Positions 9,309 to 18,918 of a stretch of 64,000 bases of DNA are shown here, one piece after another. The notes under the pieces were generated by a model. That model saw only the letters and a program-made list of their open reading frames with translations, searched no databases and was not told where the DNA came from. Source of the DNA: Thermoproteota archaeon (GTDB lineage: Archaea; Korarchaeota; Korarchaeia; B14-G2). Position 1 is the stretch's first letter. Each line of letters begins with the position of its first letter. The translations under genes and the position numbers were made by a program. The stretch is from positions 1 through 64,000 of the forward strand of contig JAVCBW010000036.1 of assembly GCA_037917675.1 (NCBI GenBank), in the 5' to 3' direction.

Positions 9309-10202
9309 ATGATGACTGTAAAGAAGCTTCCAAGAGAAGAGTTCCTTCTACCTGGGCATGCAGCCTGCCCTGGATGCGGTGCGATGATAGCCTTGAGAAC
9401 GATGCTAAAAACCCTAGGCAAGAGAACCATCTTGGTCATCCCAGCATGCTGTACCTCAGTGATACAGGCTCTTGTGCCAAAGACCAGCATAGCTGTCCCT
9501 GTGATCAACATAGCTTTTGCAGCATCTGGTGCCACTGCAAGCGGGGTGGTAGAAGCGCTTGATAGGCTCGGGAAGAAGGATATAAACGTGGTGGTATGGG
9601 CTGGTGACGGTGGGACAGCAGACATAGGGATACAGGCATTGTCAGGTGCAGCTGAAAGAAAGAACAACATCATATACGTATGCTATGATAATGAAGCCTA
9701 TATGAACACAGGGATACAGAGGTCTGGAGCCACACCGTATGGAGCCTGGACTACCACGACGCCAATTAAGGGGAAGACAGAGTTCAAAAAGGACATGCCT
9801 ATGATAATGGCTGCTCACGGCATCCCGTATGTAGCTACAGCGTCATCAGGGTTCCCTATAGACTTCGCGAACAAGCTGCTTAAGGCATCTAGGCTAAAGG
9901 GCTTAAAGTATATACACCTACTGGCACCATGCCCAACAGGCTGGAGATATGACAGCAAGCTTACCCCTAGACTTGGAAAGCTAGCTGTATGGACGTGGAT
10001 GTGGCCTCTATTCGAGGTAGAGCAGGGGGTTTTCAAACTCACGTTAAAGCCGAAACCTAGGCCTATCAGAGAGTTCTTAGAGCCACAGGGCAGATTCAGG
10101 AGGATGACATCAGAGGAAATCGAACTCTTACAGAGGTGGATAGATCAGAGGAGAGAGCTCCTGCTTAGAATGGATGGAGCAAGGCTCTTCCCACAAGCCT
10201 AA
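9309..10202 (+). CDS. porB: Pyruvate/2-oxoacid:ferredoxin oxidoreductase beta subunit
   Basis: GHAACPGCG, GDGG..DIG TPP motif, DNEAYMNTG.QRS, PCPTGW. Confidence 0.9.
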   Translation: MMTVKKLPREEFLLPGHAACPGCGAMIALRTMLKTLGKRTILVIPACCTSVIQALVPKTSIAVPVINIAFAASGATASGVVEALDRLGKKDINVVVWAGDGGTADIGIQALSGAAERKNNIIYVCYDNEAYMNTGIQRSGATPYGAWTTTTPIKGKTEFKKDMPMIMAAHGIPYVATASSGFPIDFANKLLKASRLKGLKYIHLLAPCPTGWRYDSKLTPRLGKLAVWTWMWPLFEVEQGVFKLTLKPKPRPIREFLEPQGRFRRMTSEEIELLQRWIDQRRELLLRMDGARLFPQA

Positions 10203-10210
10203 CCTAGAGC

Positions 10211-12103
10211 CTACGTGTCTTGCGAGCTCCAGGCCTGGTATACGTAGCCTAGTATACCTCTCTCATATGCGTAAAGAAGCAATAGATCTGTTTCACTTGC
10301 AGCATGCTCTGGCAGGTTGTATCTTCTTCTGAGCATCCTAATCAACTCATCAATTGTTAAGACAACAAATCCTCCATAGAATCCCCTGTCCTCTATAGCC
10401 TGCCTCAAGCATAGGTCTCTCAGCATAGCTAAAGTCTCAGGAGTTACTGGATACCTAGATCTCAGATCAGAGAGCAGTCTAAGGAGCTCTCTCCTCCTCC
10501 TGCTTACCCTAGCCATATAGCTTAGCAGCATAGCTCCAATACCTGCTATCCCAGTGATCCCTCCAAGCAGGAGTACAGCCCCATAGTCAAGGATGAATTC
10601 TACTTTCCTGATCCTCCTGGCAGCTTCCTCCAAATCTCCTCTAGCTACAGCAGCCTCCGCCTCTCTCAGCTCTTCTTCGAGATATCCCTTAAATGGCTTA
10701 AGGATGGGGTTGATGTTCTCAACTCTCTCCCTGGTCTCATCTAGCTTGTTATGTATTCCCAGTAAGCTTGAGACAGCGAAGCCCCACCTCCTAAACTCTG
10801 GAGTAAGATCCCTACCAGCTGCTATACTCAGGTAGTACACGAGGCTGTCCATCGTCTTAAGCCTAACTCCTGTGCCAGTGAGCTCCTTAAAGAACTTAGA
10901 GTAGAGTTCCAGCCCACCATACTCGTCTCCAAGCGTCTTCACTATATAGAGGCTTGCAGCGTAGTAGAGACCTGGGTTTGGAGAGGGGTTCCAAGGCTTC
11001 CATGCTGTAAGGAAGCTTAGATCTCCGCCAGCTTTCTCAAGATACCCAGCAAAATCAGATAGGCTCCTATAGGTGTCCTCTTTCACCTCTGGGAACCCAT
11101 GCTTCGCTGCAAGCTCACTGCTGAGATATTCAGCCATACCCTCATGGAACCACAGGAGCTCAACATCGATCCCAGCTTTGTCAAGATAGTGGTGTGTAAG
11201 CTCATGGAGAGCTACAGCCTCGACCATACCTCTTATCATCCTCACTGTCACGAGGTTTATGCTGATTTCCCCAAGGCCTCCTGATGGCGTATACGGCGTG
11301 TAGCCTAGTGTAGTCAGGAACCCCTCTAGCGTGGAGGGGACATAGAAGTGGAATGTGACGTTCTCGAGCTTAACATGAGCTATGCTCTCAAAGTCGGCTA
11401 TAGCCTTCTCATATATGTCCAGAACTCTCCTAGCTATGCTCACGTATCTCTCTGGTGTCTCGAAGAGAGCTCTCCCACCAACACCCTTTATCACCTTGAA
11501 TGTAGCTGGCTTAGTCTTGAAGCTTATGAATATCCTCCCATTCTCTGAGAGGCTGTTATAGTAGAGGGTCAGCCACTCCCCCTTTCGTGTGCTACTGGAG
11601 TATGATGGGCTGCTACTGACCTCATTAACCATAGAAGGCAGCTCAACATACCCTCTCCATCTACATCCTTTCTCATAGGTTATCTGAGTTGAGAAGAACA
11701 CTCCATATGGCTCAACTATCAGAGCACCATACTGATACCTAAACTCGCTTTTCATAATGAACAGCCCACCTTGAGACGCATACTCAAACGTCAGGTTGCT
11801 ATAGAAAATGTACTCTTCCCCAGAGGCTGTTAACGCCATGCTAGTGGACTTATTCAGAACCCTTCCTCTCACGACTTCAAGAGTGTAGTCCTGGAACTTA
11901 GGGACTAAAAACCAGCTTTCACCATGTGGAAGCGTAGATCTGAATGTTATAGTTACATCCATGGTACCATTGCCATATACTCTATACCTGTACACATACT
12001 CCTCTCCTCCCTGTGAGATAGCATATCCGATTGGGATAAGCAGCATCAAGCTCATAGTGACCAGCATTGCGACAGACTTTCTTTCCAAAAGCTTCCCTGC
12101 CAT
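10211..12103 (-). CDS. Secreted, membrane-anchored gluzincin (M1/MA-like) zinc metallopeptidase
   Basis: Signal peptide, HELTH followed by WFHEGMAEY, TM helix near residue 510-530, cytoplasmic tail. Confidence 0.78.
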   Translation of the reverse strand: MAGKLLERKSVAMLVTMSLMLLIPIGYAISQGGEEYVYRYRVYGNGTMDVTITFRSTLPHGESWFLVPKFQDYTLEVVRGRVLNKSTSMALTASGEEYIFYSNLTFEYASQGGLFIMKSEFRYQYGALIVEPYGVFFSTQITYEKGCRWRGYVELPSMVNEVSSSPSYSSSTRKGEWLTLYYNSLSENGRIFISFKTKPATFKVIKGVGGRALFETPERYVSIARRVLDIYEKAIADFESIAHVKLENVTFHFYVPSTLEGFLTTLGYTPYTPSGGLGEISINLVTVRMIRGMVEAVALHELTHHYLDKAGIDVELLWFHEGMAEYLSSELAAKHGFPEVKEDTYRSLSDFAGYLEKAGGDLSFLTAWKPWNPSPNPGLYYAASLYIVKTLGDEYGGLELYSKFFKELTGTGVRLKTMDSLVYYLSIAAGRDLTPEFRRWGFAVSSLLGIHNKLDETRERVENINPILKPFKGYLEEELREAEAAVARGDLEEAARRIRKVEFILDYGAVLLLGGITGIAGIGAMLLSYMARVSRRRRELLRLLSDLRSRYPVTPETLAMLRDLCLRQAIEDRGFYGGFVVLTIDELIRMLRRRYNLPEHAASETDLLLLYAYERGILGYVYQAWSSQDT

Positions 12104-12118
12104 CAGTGGCTCAGCTCA

Positions 12119-12128
12119 TATTTTAAGT
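12119..12128. promoter_or_regulatory. Candidate TATA box (TATTTTAAG) in the short divergent gap between the peptidase and the deaminase
   Basis: AT-rich box about 25-30 nt upstream of ATG 12152. Confidence 0.4.
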
Positions 12129-12151
12129 TGAAGCTTAGAAATGGGGGTCAT

Positions 12152-13450
12152 ATGATACTCCTAAAAAATGCCATCGTAGTTACCCAGGATTCTGAGAGGA
12201 GAATCCTCCCAGGTTACGATATCCTGTTAGATCAAGGGAAGATAGTTAAGGTTGCTCGCGACCTGAATCTAGGGGGATGTGAGACCATAGATGTCTCAGG
12301 GTGCATAGCTGCCCCAGGGTTGATCAATACACACACGCATATCGCGATGACCTTTCTCCGTGGGATAGCTGACGACGTGCCTCTCAGAGAGTGGCTTGAG
12401 GAGAACATATGGCCTCTGGAGGCAAAGCTCACGAGAGAAGACGTCTATAGGTTTTCGAGGCTTGGTATAGCAGAGTCCCTGTTATCTGGTGTCACATGCT
12501 TTGTTGACATGTACTTCTATCCTGAGGAGGTGGCTAGGGCAGCTGAGGAGCTGGGGAGCAGAGCTGTGGTCTGTGGCCCAATAGTAGACTTCCCAACATG
12601 TTACTCAAAGAGTGCGGATCATGCGCTGAAACTGGCTGAAGCTCTCATAAAAGCATACTCCAAGTCGCCTACCATAAAGCCTGCTGTAGGACCTCATGCC
12701 CCCTACACGTGTTCTAAGGAGACTCTGATAGCATCAAGTAAGCTGGCTAGAGAACATGATGTAATGCTTCACATACACTTGTCAGAGACCAGAGATGAAG
12801 TCGAGGAGGTCAAGAGGAGGCATGGCCTGACGCCAACGGGGTACCTAGAGTCAATAGGGTTTTTCGAGGGTAGCAGGGTTAATGCAGCACATTGTGTCTG
12901 GCTTACAGAGGAGGACATGGACATAATAGCTAGCAGAGGGGTTTATGTGTCACATAATCCAGTCAGCAACATGAAGCTGGCTTCAGGGATAGCTCCGGTA
13001 TCAAGGCTTATCAAAAGAGGAGCTCATGTGACTCTAGGTACAGATGGGCCAGCAAGCAACAATGTCCTAGACATGCTTCAGACGATGAAGATAGCATGTC
13101 TTCTCCAGAAGCTAGCATCAGGTGATCCAACAGCTCTGACGGCTCAGCAGGTCTTAGACATGGCTACCATAGAGGCAGCTAGATCTATAGGTATGGCTCA
13201 TGAGCTTGGATCCATAGAGCCAGGCAAGCAAGCTGATATAGTCATAGTAGACTTCAGGAAGCCTCACCTCAGGCCCCTACATAACCCGGTATCTCATCTG
13301 GTTTATGCAGCAAGAGCAGGCGACATCAAGATGGTCTTTGTGAAGGGAGAGCTTGTGGCAGAGGATGGAAGGATTATGAGAGCTGACCTCCATGACGTGA
13401 TCCGTGAAGCTGAATATGCTACCAAGAGGATAGTGGGAGGTTCTTCTTGA
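12152..13450 (+). CDS. mtaD: Amidohydrolase, MTA/SAH or 5'-deoxyadenosine deaminase family
   Basis: PGLINTHTH, GPHAPYT, HIHLSET, AHCV, SNMKLASG, LGTDG; start moved to ATG 12152 behind GGGGGT. Confidence 0.82.
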   Translation: MILLKNAIVVTQDSERRILPGYDILLDQGKIVKVARDLNLGGCETIDVSGCIAAPGLINTHTHIAMTFLRGIADDVPLREWLEENIWPLEAKLTREDVYRFSRLGIAESLLSGVTCFVDMYFYPEEVARAAEELGSRAVVCGPIVDFPTCYSKSADHALKLAEALIKAYSKSPTIKPAVGPHAPYTCSKETLIASSKLAREHDVMLHIHLSETRDEVEEVKRRHGLTPTGYLESIGFFEGSRVNAAHCVWLTEEDMDIIASRGVYVSHNPVSNMKLASGIAPVSRLIKRGAHVTLGTDGPASNNVLDMLQTMKIACLLQKLASGDPTALTAQQVLDMATIEAARSIGMAHELGSIEPGKQADIVIVDFRKPHLRPLHNPVSHLVYAARAGDIKMVFVKGELVAEDGRIMRADLHDVIREAEYATKRIVGGSS

Positions 13451-14268
13451 AGCTGCTGTCAGCAAAGCCACCATACTTCATACCAGTCATAGCTTCAGTA
13501 TCAATAGCTTACATGCTGAGCCTAGCTACACTTGAGGTGAAGCCAGCTTATCCGATGTCAGCCTCAGTGAGCCTAGGTGTGTCAGCTGCATCTGTTGTGT
13601 CAGCTGCTCTAGCTGCAGTATTCATTGCATTTCTTATAAGGCTGAGGAGGTTTCATGCTATAAGAGTAATCATAACATCTGCCTTAGTATACACCTCTGT
13701 AGTTTCATCTGCCATGCTAGCAGATAGGATAGCATCTCAGCCATCCCTCCCACTAGCTGCTACAGTAGGCATTCTGATGGCCTTAGCTTCCCTGAGTAGG
13801 GGGCTAGTTGGCTTAGCAGGACAGATCTCTCTCTCAGCAATCTTCTCTAATGCCATAGTCTCGTCATTCGGTGTAAAGCTCCCAGTTGCCCTCTTAGCCC
13901 TCTTATCTGTCTATGATCTATGGGCTGTGTATCGTGGTCCGGTCAAGAAGCTCATAACAGAGGTTGAGAGAGTCTATCAGGCAGACTCCAGTGAGAGAGC
14001 TGACGGGAGCCCGCCGAGCTTTACTCCAATAGTAGTAGAGATCAAAGAAGGCTACATAGGGTTCGGGGACATAGTCTCATATGCCCTAGCTTCTTCTGTA
14101 GCTGGTAGAGTGTGCCCAGCTCCCCTTTCTATAGCTCCTCTCACAGCCCTGCTAGCTGGAGTGTACCTGAGCTTTAAGCTTGCAAGGAGATTCAGGCATT
14201 TTCCCGGCCTCCCTATACCCATCTCCCTATGGGCTATCACGGTGGCTACAGTTCAGATTCTGACATAA
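13447..14268 (+). CDS. Presenilin/SPP-like (A22) intramembrane aspartyl protease
   Basis: Multi-TM protein with YD (SVYDLWAV), GxGD (IGFGD) and PAL-like PGLP motifs. Confidence 0.75.
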   Translation: MKLLSAKPPYFIPVIASVSIAYMLSLATLEVKPAYPMSASVSLGVSAASVVSAALAAVFIAFLIRLRRFHAIRVIITSALVYTSVVSSAMLADRIASQPSLPLAATVGILMALASLSRGLVGLAGQISLSAIFSNAIVSSFGVKLPVALLALLSVYDLWAVYRGPVKKLITEVERVYQADSSERADGSPPSFTPIVVEIKEGYIGFGDIVSYALASSVAGRVCPAPLSIAPLTALLAGVYLSFKLARRFRHFPGLPIPISLWAITVATVQILT

Positions 14269-14370
14269 GCTTCTTAATCTGACAACAGTGTGTAAAGTTG
14301 GGGGGATGAGGAGAATTGGCAAGAGGCTCGGTTAAGTGGCCTCAAGAGGGTCAGCTGACCCCCACTAGAG

Positions 14371-15156
14371 GTGATAGCATTGGATTTTAGGCTGGATTGG
14401 CGTGACAACACTAGGCTTAGGAGGCTATGTGAGTTCCTAGAAGGCAACTCCTTTGTCAATGCACTATGGAAGCAGTCTAACATAGTTGCGGTAGGGCGGC
14501 TGAAGTACACAGATCATGGCCCAGTGCATGCAAAGATAGTTGCAAAGAGGAGCTTAGAGATCATAAGGCTGCTCTACAAGGGTGGTATAAAGCCTACGAT
14601 GATGACAGCGCACGGAATGAGCTTCCATGACTCAGAGCTAGTGGTAGTAGCTGCATCCGCTCTACATGATATAGGCCACGTTGTTCACAGGCATGGTCAC
14701 GAGCTGCATGCAATACCCTTTGCAGTGAAGATACTTGATGAGATCCTTCCATCGATCTACAGCAGAGAAGACTACCCAATAGTCCTCAGTGAGATCTTAC
14801 ATGCAATATACTGCCATGATGCTACGATACCTCCCTTGACCATAGAGGCTGGGGTAGTCTCAATAGCAGACGCACTCGACATGGAGCAAGGTAGAGCTAG
14901 AATCCCATTCTCAATAGGGAAAGTAGACATACATAGTGTTTCAGCTCTTTCAGTAGAGAAGGTCATCGTAGCAGAGGGAGAAGAGAGGCCAGTTATGATA
15001 ATAGTCAAGATGAGTGATCCATCAGGGATCTTCCAGCTAGACCAGCTTCTGAGAAGGAGGATAGAGAGCTCAGGGCTGAAAGACCATGTATACGTGCGGG
15101 GAGAGATAAAGTCGGCAGGAGAGCCTCCACTGAAGATGTTTGAGATGAAGCTTTAG
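14371..15156 (+). CDS. HD-domain phosphohydrolase
   Basis: DHGPVH, LHDIGH, H, ADALD motifs. Confidence 0.85.
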   Translation: MIALDFRLDWRDNTRLRRLCEFLEGNSFVNALWKQSNIVAVGRLKYTDHGPVHAKIVAKRSLEIIRLLYKGGIKPTMMTAHGMSFHDSELVVVAASALHDIGHVVHRHGHELHAIPFAVKILDEILPSIYSREDYPIVLSEILHAIYCHDATIPPLTIEAGVVSIADALDMEQGRARIPFSIGKVDIHSVSALSVEKVIVAEGEERPVMIIVKMSDPSGIFQLDQLLRRRIESSGLKDHVYVRGEIKSAGEPPLKMFEMKL

Positions 15157-15157
15157 C

Positions 15158-16108
15158 TTGAGGCTCAAAATCAGGCCTGAGGTATACAGCCTAGAGCTGA
15201 CCTTCTATCCTTCATTCCTCTCATCACTATATGAGAGGAGAGGGGAGTGGCTAGTTAAGGTAGCTGGAGTATACAGGAGGCTTGCATTGAGGCAGCTGCC
15301 GGGAGGCGCTCTAGAAGTCGAAGTCCCTCATGGCCTAAGCATACCCGAAGACGATCTGCTGGAGCAGACAGGCCTATGGCATAAGCCGTTCGAATATAAG
15401 CTTCGTCTCCTAGATGAGCCGCTGAGAGGATATGCTGAGGCAGTCGCAGAAGCCCTCTCAGGCCTCAGAATACCTATCTCACCTCGAGATCTACAGCAGA
15501 TATCCATAGCTGCCTTGCTATCTAAGAGGACAGACTACCACAAGTTTACCCTTAGATGGTGTAAGAGGATATGGAGTGAGATAGGTGAGTCCTGGCATCT
15601 AATAGTCTCGTCGAGCATGCTGAGTAATGTAGGGTCAAGCTACCAGATAGGGGAAATGAGGAAGTCTCTCTCATGCCTCCTAAAGCTTAAACCTACGCTT
15701 GAGTCCCTAGCTGCTGAGAGGGCCTCACTTTCCATGAGGAGGCTTCTCATGTCATGTTGGGGAGTAGGCCCGAAGACAGCAGACGCTATAGTCATGTGTA
15801 CAACTGGCTCTACCTCGCTATATCCATGTGATATAAACCTCATCAGAGTACTCAGAAGAGTAGGTGTCCTCTCAAGTCTACATTCACCACCAGAGAAAGC
15901 ATACTGCATGAGATATGTGTGCCAAAGCTGTCCAAGAGAAAGTTGCGTGATAAAGGTACTCAATGCTAGAGAGCTTGGAGGATGGATTCAGTCACTAACA
16001 TATGTAGTAGGGAAGGTATATTGTAGGCCTGTGAAGCCGCGCTGCTCAGACTGCCCTGCGCGAGCTGTCTGCTCTAGCTTTTCAGAGCTTTCTCGATGGC
16101 ACTCTTAA
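15158..16108 (+). CDS. HhH-GPD superfamily DNA glycosylase/lyase with C-terminal [4Fe-4S] (FCL) motif
   Basis: GVGPKTAD HhH, PCD acidic residue, CRPVKPRCSDCPARAVC (Cx6Cx2Cx5C). Confidence 0.72.
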   Translation: MRLKIRPEVYSLELTFYPSFLSSLYERRGEWLVKVAGVYRRLALRQLPGGALEVEVPHGLSIPEDDLLEQTGLWHKPFEYKLRLLDEPLRGYAEAVAEALSGLRIPISPRDLQQISIAALLSKRTDYHKFTLRWCKRIWSEIGESWHLIVSSSMLSNVGSSYQIGEMRKSLSCLLKLKPTLESLAAERASLSMRRLLMSCWGVGPKTADAIVMCTTGSTSLYPCDINLIRVLRRVGVLSSLHSPPEKAYCMRYVCQSCPRESCVIKVLNARELGGWIQSLTYVVGKVYCRPVKPRCSDCPARAVCSSFSELSRWHS

Positions 16109-17024
16109 GTGCTGGAACAACCTTGTAAAGGTCTCCCACTATCCCATAGTCCGCCACTTTGAATATAGGGGCCTCAGGATCCTTGTTTATTGCTACTATT
16201 ACTTTAGAGTCTCTTATGCCAGCAATATGCTGTAGTGCTCCTGATATGCCGACTGCAATGTACAAGTCTGGCTTCACCTTGACCCCAGAAAGCCCTATCC
16301 ACTGTGGGAACCATCCTCTATCTGCTGCCACAGGCCTACTGCACCCAACTTCCCCATTCAGCAGCTCAGCTAGCTCTCTAAGCATTTCGAGATCCTGCTT
16401 CGCTTTCACCCCTCTGCCAGCTGACACTATAACCCTAGCTTCATCCAGCCTAGCTTTAGCTGCCTCCTTCTTCTTCACCTCAATAACCTTGACTCTAGGC
16501 TTAGGAAGGTCAAGAGAAACTTCCTCAACGACACCTCTTTTACCTGTCTTCTCAGCTGGCTCAAACTTCCTAGGAGGCACCGTCACTACAAGCGGTAGAG
16601 AAGCTGTCATAGTAGCTATAGCTACACCACCGTATGCAGGCCTCTTAGCATAAATCACTCCATCTCTATAACTGAGCTCAGTGCAGTCTGTTATGCACCC
16701 AGCATCAAACTTCGTTGCTAGCCTTGGTGCCAGCTCCTTCCCTCTCTTAGTCCCTCCCACTAAGACCAGAGCTTGATCGCTGCCAGCTAGCCTAGCTAAA
16801 GCTTCTGCATAAACCTCTACATCAAACTCCTTCAGCCTGTCTCCAGATACAGCTACAGCCTTATCGACTCCATACTCTACAATGTGCTCAGCGTCTCTCA
16901 GCGCGTCGGCTCCAAGAGAGGCCGTGAGGAGCTTCCATCCAGTAGCCTGCTTGAGATCGAGGCCTACTCTAACCAACTCCAGTGCTATAGACTGCAATTC
17001 AGAGTAGACCCATATGCTAGGCAT
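16074..17024 (-). CDS. etfA: Electron transfer flavoprotein alpha subunit
   Basis: VSAGRG, GCSRP, IGLSG, GISGALQH, AINKDPEAPIF. Confidence 0.92.
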   Translation of the reverse strand: MPSIWVYSELQSIALELVRVGLDLKQATGWKLLTASLGADALRDAEHIVEYGVDKAVAVSGDRLKEFDVEVYAEALARLAGSDQALVLVGGTKRGKELAPRLATKFDAGCITDCTELSYRDGVIYAKRPAYGGVAIATMTASLPLVVTVPPRKFEPAEKTGKRGVVEEVSLDLPKPRVKVIEVKKKEAAKARLDEARVIVSAGRGVKAKQDLEMLRELAELLNGEVGCSRPVAADRGWFPQWIGLSGVKVKPDLYIAVGISGALQHIAGIRDSKVIVAINKDPEAPIFKVADYGIVGDLYKVVPALKSAIEKALKS

Positions 17025-17028
17025 GCTA

Positions 17029-17841
17029 TCACCCCAAGACTCCTTCTTGAAGAAGATATTTCACGAGCTCCTCAGCAGCTTCTTCAGCTGGCTTCTCTTC
17101 GATGACTACACCCTTCCTCTTAACTTCAGGTGCATAGACTTCCGCTACCTTTACCTTAGCTCCCTTTTCTCCGATGATGCTTGCATCTAAGCCAAGATCG
17201 CTTGCACCCCAGTAGACTATAGGTTTCTTAGATGCTCTCAGTATGTCTCTAAGCGATGGAAGCCTTGGTTCATTTATCTCCCTTGTAACTGTGACTACAG
17301 CTGGTAAGCTGACTTCGACGACTTCATATTCTTCCTCAAGATCTCTCTCAGCAACAAGCTTATCCCCCTCGATGCTCAGCCTCCTGACATAGGTTACCTG
17401 AGGTAGCCCTAGTAGCTCAGCTAACCTAGGACCTACCTGGGCTGAAAGCCCATCTAGAGACATCTCACCGCACAAGAGGATCTTATAGTCTCCCAGCCTC
17501 TGTACTGCTGCTGCTAATAGCCTTGCAGTTGCAAGTGTGTCTGACCCCTCAAATGCAGGATCACTTAGAATGTAGGCTTCATCAAGCCCCATTGCCAAGG
17601 CCTCTCTTGCAGCTTCTCTTGCAGCCTGGGGGCCAACACAGAGCCCTGTTGCAGTCCACCCTGTCTTCTCCTTTATCCTGATAGCTTCCTCTATAGCTCT
17701 CTTATCCATGTCTCCTGTCTTCCTCTTAGCTCCTTCAACAATAGGCCTCCTCGTAGAGGGGTCTATTCTGAGCTCAGAAGCGTCTATTGAGTACTTGAAG
17801 CATGCTATGACACGAGGCAAGCTACCACCACCAGCCCCCAT
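17029..17841 (-). CDS. etfB: Electron transfer flavoprotein beta subunit
   Basis: ALAMG.D, DTLATA, G.MS.DG...QVG, NEPR.PS. Confidence 0.92.
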   Translation of the reverse strand: MGAGGGSLPRVIACFKYSIDASELRIDPSTRRPIVEGAKRKTGDMDKRAIEEAIRIKEKTGWTATGLCVGPQAAREAAREALAMGLDEAYILSDPAFEGSDTLATARLLAAAVQRLGDYKILLCGEMSLDGLSAQVGPRLAELLGLPQVTYVRRLSIEGDKLVAERDLEEEYEVVEVSLPAVVTVTREINEPRLPSLRDILRASKKPIVYWGASDLGLDASIIGEKGAKVKVAEVYAPEVKRKGVVIEEKPAEEAAEELVKYLLQEGVLG

Positions 17842-17892
17842 ATAGGATATTAAAATCTCTTAGGCGTCTCATAGTGTAATAGAGGTATTTGC

Positions 17893-18918
17893 ATGCTAAA
17901 CAAAGAAGGCTTCCTCAGGAGAGTACAGCTGGTTGGAGGGTCAACGCTCATCGTATCCATACCAAAGAGATGGGCTTCATCAGTAGGCGTCAAACCTGGA
18001 GACTACATGGCTGTACTCCCCCTAGAGGACGACTCTCTTCTTCTTATACCAAGAGGGCTGCCGAGGAGAGAGATCGCTGAGAAGATAATGTATGTTTCTC
18101 AGGATAAGCCAGCAGAGTCTGCAGTAAGGGAGTTCATAGCATATTATCTAGTGGGCTACGATGTGATAAAGGTGAAGTTCGCACCTGGAACTTCAAAACA
18201 TAAACTGCTGATAAGAGAGGTGATAAGGAAAAAGCTGATTGGAGTAGAGCCGATAGAGGAGTCAGCTAAAGAGCTAGTAGTCAGGTGCCTCATTGGATCA
18301 AATGAGCTTCCAGTTTCTATTGCGCTAAACAGGATGGGCATGATAGCAAGCTCAATGATATCTGATGCTGTAGAGGCTCTTATGACATGCAACAGGGAGT
18401 TAGCTCACGAGATCATAGAGAGAGATGATGAGGTAGACCGCATCTACCTATATATAGTCAGGCAGCTTAAGAAAGCTGTGAGAAATAGGCTGATGTTGAG
18501 AGAGCTGGGGCTCTCGACTGCAAGAGACTGCTTAGGATACAGGCTTGTAATAAAGAGCATAGAGAGGTCTGCAGACCATGCATGCAAAATTGCCCAGATA
18601 GCCTCGCTTCTCAGAGCTCCTCCAGCTCCTCATGTTTCAGATCTCATAACCAAGATAGCGTCAAGTTCCCAGAGCATATTCAGAGACTCTCTCAAGGCTC
18701 TGATGGATCTGAGCCTAGACCTGGCAAATGAGACTATAAACAGGATAGATGCCATAAGAAGCCTAGAGCAGGAAGCGATAGAGGCTCTGCTGTCTCAGCC
18801 AATAGACATAGGGGACGCATCTAACATAAGGCTTGCCTTAGAAAGCCTAGCTAGGATAGCAGAGTATGGTGCTGACATAGCTGAGATAGCTGTCAATCTG
18901 TCAGTAAGGGTTCCCTAG
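17893..18918 (+). CDS. phoU: Archaeal PhoU-family regulator with N-terminal AbrB/SpoVT domain
   Basis: RRVQLVGGST..VSIPK.W N-terminus; two PhoU repeats (DDEVDR, ERSADH, RIAEY..DIAE). Confidence 0.85.
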   Translation: MLNKEGFLRRVQLVGGSTLIVSIPKRWASSVGVKPGDYMAVLPLEDDSLLLIPRGLPRREIAEKIMYVSQDKPAESAVREFIAYYLVGYDVIKVKFAPGTSKHKLLIREVIRKKLIGVEPIEESAKELVVRCLIGSNELPVSIALNRMGMIASSMISDAVEALMTCNRELAHEIIERDDEVDRIYLYIVRQLKKAVRNRLMLRELGLSTARDCLGYRLVIKSIERSADHACKIAQIASLLRAPPAPHVSDLITKIASSSQSIFRDSLKALMDLSLDLANETINRIDAIRSLEQEAIEALLSQPIDIGDASNIRLALESLARIAEYGADIAEIAVNLSVRVP

